Shown here: positions 58,541 to 64,000 of the stretch, piece by piece
How positions within the stretch are numbered: the first letter of the stretch is position 1
Layout: each line of letters begins with the position of its first letter
DNA from: Octopus vulgaris
Taxonomy: Eukaryota
DNA length: 64,000 nt
Direction of reading: 5' to 3'
NCBI GenBank assembly: GCA_951406725.2
Contig: OX597835.1
Span: 48,918,001 to 48,982,000 of the forward strand
The notes under the pieces: model-generated
Databases searched by the model: none
Told to the model about the DNA's origin: nothing
The model's input: only the letters and a program-made list of their open reading frames with translations
Position numbers and translations under genes: made by a program

Positions 58541-58715
58541 AAGTTAATTTAAACATGAAAACACAAAGAGAAAACACAACAACGCGAGGACGTGGAACAA
58601 GTATAGACGCTCAGGGAAGGAAAGAAAGAAGGAGAGATTAACGTTTCGAGCGGAGCTCTTCGTCAGAATCATAGGAAAAGGAAAGATCCAAGGAAGAGAA
58701 GACGGAGGAAAAGTA
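58541..58715 (-). mobile_element. PLE terminal repeat fragment, family B
   Basis: Homologous to 11221-11430; 3' end abuts (TA)n. Confidence 0.78.
58636..58670 (-). ncRNA. Minimal type I hammerhead, family B, canonical core
   Basis: GAUU-CUGACGA-A-GAGC(UCC)GCUC-GAAA-CG-UU-AAUC. Confidence 0.85.
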
Positions 58716-58799
58716 ATTTTTTGCGAAGAATTCTTGACAATCACAATATTTGTAGGTTTTCTTAAATTAAACATTGATTATATTCTTTTAATCTTTAAA

Positions 58800-60199
58800 A
58801 AGAAACAATGTTGCGAACATTGAGAAATAACTTTTCATATGGTTTAGATCAAGATTCGATGCAGCGGAATTGTGAATAGAGGAATACTAACACAATCTTC
58901 AGGAAACATTCCCAATAGAGTTTATACTTATAGTTCTCCAAGAGGTACAAGTAAATAAATACTTCTTGTATTCTAAAATTCTTGACAACTGATATTAGCT
59001 ACGAATACAAGATACAGTAATGGGAACGAAAGTTGCTCTGATGTTTGCGACATTACTAATGGGATTCTTGGAAGAAACAGTTATGGCCATCTGGAATTAT
59101 GTTTGATTAGTAATTCCATCTTATTTAATGGAAACTGGAAAGAATTTAATGATGGCTGCTTCTAACTTTGGAAAAGAACTAACGAAATCTTGCATGATCC
59201 GTGTAATAATAAATCGATTCAGTTTATTCTGGAAATAAATAAAAGAGAACTTCCGTTTTTGAATATTCTGATAATTAAAGTTTATGAGACAGTTCTAGTT
59301 GATCTCTAATATAAGGGCATGTGCACACACCAATATCTAAAATTTAGACCATGCGCACCCATCCAACATTAAAAAGAACATCTCATTTAATATGGCAAGA
59401 CATACATGTTCACTAGTTACAGGCTCAAATGGTCAACAGAAACGACTAGCAAACATGAATATATTATTCAGAAAAGAAGTACAAAAAAAAATAACTTCAT
59501 AAATCATGCGATAACCAAAGCCAAAGAAATACCAATCTGTCTCACAATGTGAGACAAGACAGGAGCACAAATACAGATACTCCTTTTGTAGTCACCCATA
59601 ATCCCAGAAACCACAATATCTTACTTTCGGCCAAACGATATTTTCCAATTCCACACCAATCAACAAATCTGAGAAAAATTAATTATCACAAATTTATTTG
59701 TGTTAATTAAATTTTGTGATAAAAATTAATGAATACAAATTATCAACAGCCGAAGTCGACTGCTAAATCTTAAAAGAACTCTTCACAAAGGTGAAATTCA
59801 CTTCATAATAAAGAATGCAGGTCACCAACAGCGAAGCCCCTTGTTGTGCGATGTGAGAAATAAGTGATGAGGGACCAAAGGTATTCACGAATGGGGAGGG
59901 ATTGAAGCTTAATGCAAATATGAATTAGAAAATAAAAGATAACACATTTACTGCATTACCTGCTCGCAATACAATGAGAAATATATCGATTATAAACACG
60001 ATCAAAATAAATACATCGATGCAGAGTAAATAAACAACAAATCAAATATTTATCCTTTGTTACATTTAGTGAGCATCTAGACATTTGTACACATTGAAAA
60101 TTCAAAATATTTCCTTCCTTCAAAATAAAAAAGAAGAGATCAACTATGTAAGGCAAAAGAAGATTTATAAGGATTCTAAATCCGAAACTAAATCGGTAA
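58800..60199 (+). mobile_element. Penelope-like RT plus GIY-YIG remnant, heavily frameshifted
   Basis: QDTVMGTKVA..FATLLMGFLEE, IQFILEINKRELPFLNILI, HPSNIKKNISFNMAR, CITCSQYNEKYI, FIRILNPKLNR* (TAA 60197-60199). Confidence 0.85.
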
Positions 60200-60249
60200 T
60201 AACCAATAACGCTGTTAAAATCAAGTTCTTCTATATGGATTAAGTAGAT

Positions 60250-60660
60250 TAGATGGATTAAATGGATTACATCATAGCAAGTATGGCTGAAAAACTGTAA
60301 ACAGCAAAAGTGCTTACATACAATGCAAAACTTCCTTTCAAAAAAATGTCGTGAAATTCTGGTTTTAAGTGCAGAGTTTATGGTGTTCATGACGAGACAA
60401 TTGACCATATAAGCACCTGACTAACCAGCTCTGGTTCCAGTCTGAAAGAGAAAGCTACACACGACAGAGATTGTCAATGTATTATCTGAATTTTGAGCGA
60501 AAGTTTCGATGGCGAACATACGAAAAGTTGGTGCGAACATCAAATCTAAAGAAGGAGTTGAAAGCAACGACATCAACAATCTTTGAAATTTTGCAGTACA
60601 GAGGGAAATCGCAATTAATACCAATCGCCCGAATATGTAGGATGTGGCACATGAAAACTG
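60250..60660 (+). mobile_element. Old R4/Dong-like zinc-knuckle/endonuclease fragment
   Basis: KCRVYGVHDETIDHI, KSWCEH, INTNRPN; many stops. Confidence 0.65.
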
Positions 60661-60994
60661 AATCAATACAATTCGGGATTGAAATATTAGGGGTCATAAG
60701 AGGACCGTCGTTGGGCGTATGGAAAGATTTCTGGTCTCATATAGACAAACACATTTCAAACTACACACCTATCTACATATCTCTGTATATCTATGTGAGC
60801 GCGCGTGTGTATGCATGAATGTAGATCGAGGCGTGGCTGTTTGCTTCCTAACCATATGATTATGGGTTCAGTTCCACAGGGTAGCACTTTGGACAAGTGT
60901 CTTCTACTATAGCCTTTGCCACCCTAAGCCTTGTGATTGAATTTGGTAGACGGAAACTGAAAGAAACCTGTCGTGTATATAAATATATATACAT

Positions 60995-61411
60995 AGGCGC
61001 AGGAGTAGCTGTGTGGTAAGTAGCTTGCTTATGAACTACATGGTTCCGGGTTCAGTCCCACTGCGTGGCATCTAAGGCAAATGTCTTCTACTATAGCCCC
61101 GGGCCGACCAAAGCTTTGTGAGTGGATTTGGTAGACGGAAACTGAAAGAAGTCTATCGTATATATGTATATATATATATATGTATGTGTGTGTGTTTGTG
61201 TGTCTGTGTTTGTCCCCCTAGCATTGCTTGACAACCGATGCTGGTGTGTTTACGTCCCCGTCACTTAGCGGTTCGGCAAAAAGAGAACCGATAGAATAAG
61301 TACTGGGCTTACAAAGAATAAGTCCCGGGGTACATTTGCTCGACTAAAGGCGGTGCTCCAGCATGGCCGCAGTCAAATGACTGAAACAAGTAAAAGTAAA
61401 AGTAAAAGTAA
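60995..61411 (+). mobile_element. SINE S1, full length, followed by related 3' halves to about 61690
   Basis: AGGCGCAGGAGTAGCTGTGTGG head, GGTTCAGTCCC B box, (GTAAAA)n tail. Confidence 0.93.
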
Positions 61412-61761
61412 GTATGTATGCATATTTATGTGTGTGCCTTCGTCCCCACTACCACCGCATAACAACCGGTGTTGGTTTGTTTGCGTGTCCTTAACTTTGC
61501 GGTTCAGAAATCGATAGAATAAGTATTAAGATTTTTTTTTTAAAAAGTATTCGGATCGATTCATTCGACTAAAATTCTTCAAGGCTTGCTGCCCCATCAT
61601 GGTCGCAGCTTAATGACTGGAACAAGCAAAAGATAAAAGGTATATGGTGCTCCAGCATGGCCACAGTCAAATGATTGAAACAAGCAAAATTATATATATA
61701 CATGTTTATATATATATATACATGTATATATATATATATATATAAACATGTATATATATAT

Positions 61762-61992
61762 AAATTAGAAAAGAACTCCTTTTATCAATTCAAAATGAAC
61801 AATTAAATTACACCAAATATAACGTATATAAATCTACAATTTATATACGTTATTATTATTGGGGAGGGGGTTTACTTAATCTTTGACATTTTATTGTTAT
61901 TTTAATGTTAATATTTATTTTATATGTAATTTTCTAGATGGTGTAATTTAATTGTTCATTTTGAATTGATAAAAGGTGTTTTTTTCTAATTT
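61762..61992. repeat. Inverted repeat with about 53-bp arms (61762-61815, 61939-61992)
   Basis: ccttttatcaattcaaaatgaacaattaaattacacca and its reverse complement; a related single arm near 45390-45445. Confidence 0.85.
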
Positions 61993-63244
61993 TTTTCTAT
62001 ATATATATTATATTGTGTGAAATTTGATTTAGTATTTCTAAATTGAATTTTTTTTTTCCTTGTAAGTTTTGGATTTTATTCCCTCAAATATTAATTATAT
62101 ATATATATATATATACATACATACATACATGCATGTATATGTGTATATAAGCAAGTATGCATACATACATACATACATACATACATACATACATACATAC
62201 ACACATACATACATACATTCATACATACATACATACATACATACATACATACATACATACATACATACATACATACATACATACATACATGTATGCAGGC
62301 ATACATACAATGGTTGTGCACATGATCTCACTTCCCCTCCCCATAAACAGTTCTGCATTTGTATCCCGCAACGATTTCTAATCCTTTTAATGAGTACCCA
62401 CGTTCCACCCACTCTTGTTTCCATATTACTGGGGCGTGTCAGGGTGGCGGGTGTCCGCTGCAGTAATATAGGTTATGGGCGAGGTGTAGTGTGTTTATCT
62501 ACGGCAACATCTTCGATAGTCATCGATAAGTTTAAAGGTTAACAGGAATGGCTCTCCTCTTCAACATTGGATAATAAGCGGAAACACAAAAGTATTTTCA
62601 TAGAAATAATAATGTTGTTGTTCATCATAAAAACTCCTGTGATGAAGAGGAGGAGGAGGATGAGGAGAAAGAGGGGAGAAAATTGAGGAGGGGATGAGAG
62701 GACGTGCAGAGCAGGAATAGGAGGAGAGGAGTGACCGGGAAGGAAAGAGGTAGAAAACAAAAACAGGAAGAAAAAGAGAACGGGGAAGATGGGAAGAACA
62801 AGAAAACAGAAGAGGCGGAGTAGGAGAAGGAGCGGTGGAGGAGTGGTGAAGGTAATTAATTGGTGGTCGAGATAAATGATGTTGCACACATTCACTGGTG
62901 TTGATGGTGTCTGGGTTCAATTCCACAGTGGGGCACTTTGGACAAGTGTCTTCTAGCCTTGAACCAACCTAAGCCTTGTGAATAAATTTGGTAAACGGAA
63001 ACTGAAAGAAGCCTGTTGTATATATATATATATATATACATATATGTATGTATATTTATGTATGTGCCTTTGTGTCTGTGTTTGTCCCCATCACCACCGC
63101 ATGACAACCAGTGTTCGTGTGTTTGCGTGTCCTTAACTTTGCGGTTCAGTACAAGGCCCATCTTAGAAGTTGCTGGCCTTGTGCGAAAACTTAGAAAGCA
63201 TTTTTTTGCCCGTTTGATTTTCATTTTATTTCATTTTCCTGTCG

Positions 63245-63872
63245 GATCTCAGTCAGAGACCTAAGGCACGTATATAGTAGGTGGGGAGAAAATTCTTGAG
63301 GAGATGGACTGTTGATTTCAGTACAACTTTTCGAACCCCTTAGATTGCTGGTTTCCCTGGGATCTGGTCAAAAACGTTTTTGATTCCTTTCTTGATGATT
63401 CTCAGGGCACCCACAACAAGGATGGTTTTGGATTTTAAGTTGCCATATTCTAGATATCTCAATCTCAAGGTCCTTGTATTTCGATAGTTTCTGAGATTCT
63501 TTCGCTGAGATGTTTTTGTCACCATCACATCAATTATTAAGCGCGCAGATCTTTTTCTTAAGTCTTTGATGACGATGCCTAAGGTCTTTGACGACGAGAT
63601 AGAGACTATGGACGCCTGACTTTGGCTGATGCGTCTTATTTAATGTCAACACTCTCCTGATCTTTAAGTCCATACGTTCGAGTTCACTAAAATTCCAATT
63701 AATGGCATTAAGTCTATACTGAACAACTGGTACCGGCAGGGACTTCAATTCTGCGAGTTCAGGCCACTATTCAAGATCATTCTAACACGTCTAGAATATT
63801 CTTTCCTTATCTCTTTCATTCACACGCGCTGAATCCTTTTCCCTTCGTTTACTCCAAGATATTTATAAAAAC
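63245..63872 (-). mobile_element. R4/Dong-like fragment, internally deleted (RT thumb fused to endonuclease end)
   Basis: Minus: FYKYLGVNEG, KEYSRRVRMILNS, INWNFSELERMDLKIRR, then VVGALRIIKKG..IPGKP; preceded by (AAT)n at 63880-64000. Confidence 0.85.
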
Positions 63873-63895
63873 CTTACCATCATTATCATTATTAA

Positions 63896-63970
<75 letters not shown>

Positions 63971-64000
63971 CATTATTATTATTATTATTATTATCATCAT

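Noticed and set aside
60995-61060. tRNA genes
   Set aside because: A and B boxes occur only as SINE heads without a full cloverleaf.

Overview
Eukaryotic, AT-rich, microsatellite-saturated non-coding window. The SINE families and TA/AAT/GATA repeat load resemble an octopus genome (inference, no search run). I found no convincing host-gene exon, and nearly all listed ORFs are microsatellite read-through. What can be supported is retroelement debris: (i) a long frameshifted R4/Dong-like non-LTR element with a restriction-like endonuclease (13.9-17.0 kb) plus five shorter pieces, most abutting (AAT)n; (ii) Penelope-like element (PLE) remnants, with RT plus GIY-YIG at 58.8-60.2 kb and a GIY-YIG 3' end at 45.7-47.0 kb; (iii) RTE-like and CR1-like fragments, a mariner fragment and a DINE-1/Helentron-like fragment; (iv) many tRNA-derived SINEs. 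The most interesting layer is unannotated RNA structure. There are 11 type I hammerhead ribozyme motifs from at least 6 sequence families. They show stem covariation, mostly palindromic helix III, and core variants including a compensatory U3-A8 core. Two families sit in about 200-bp-arm palindromes 0.85 kb apart. PLE ends abut (TA)n while R4/Dong ends abut (AAT)n. Ribozyme folds were worked out by eye, and their activity is untested.
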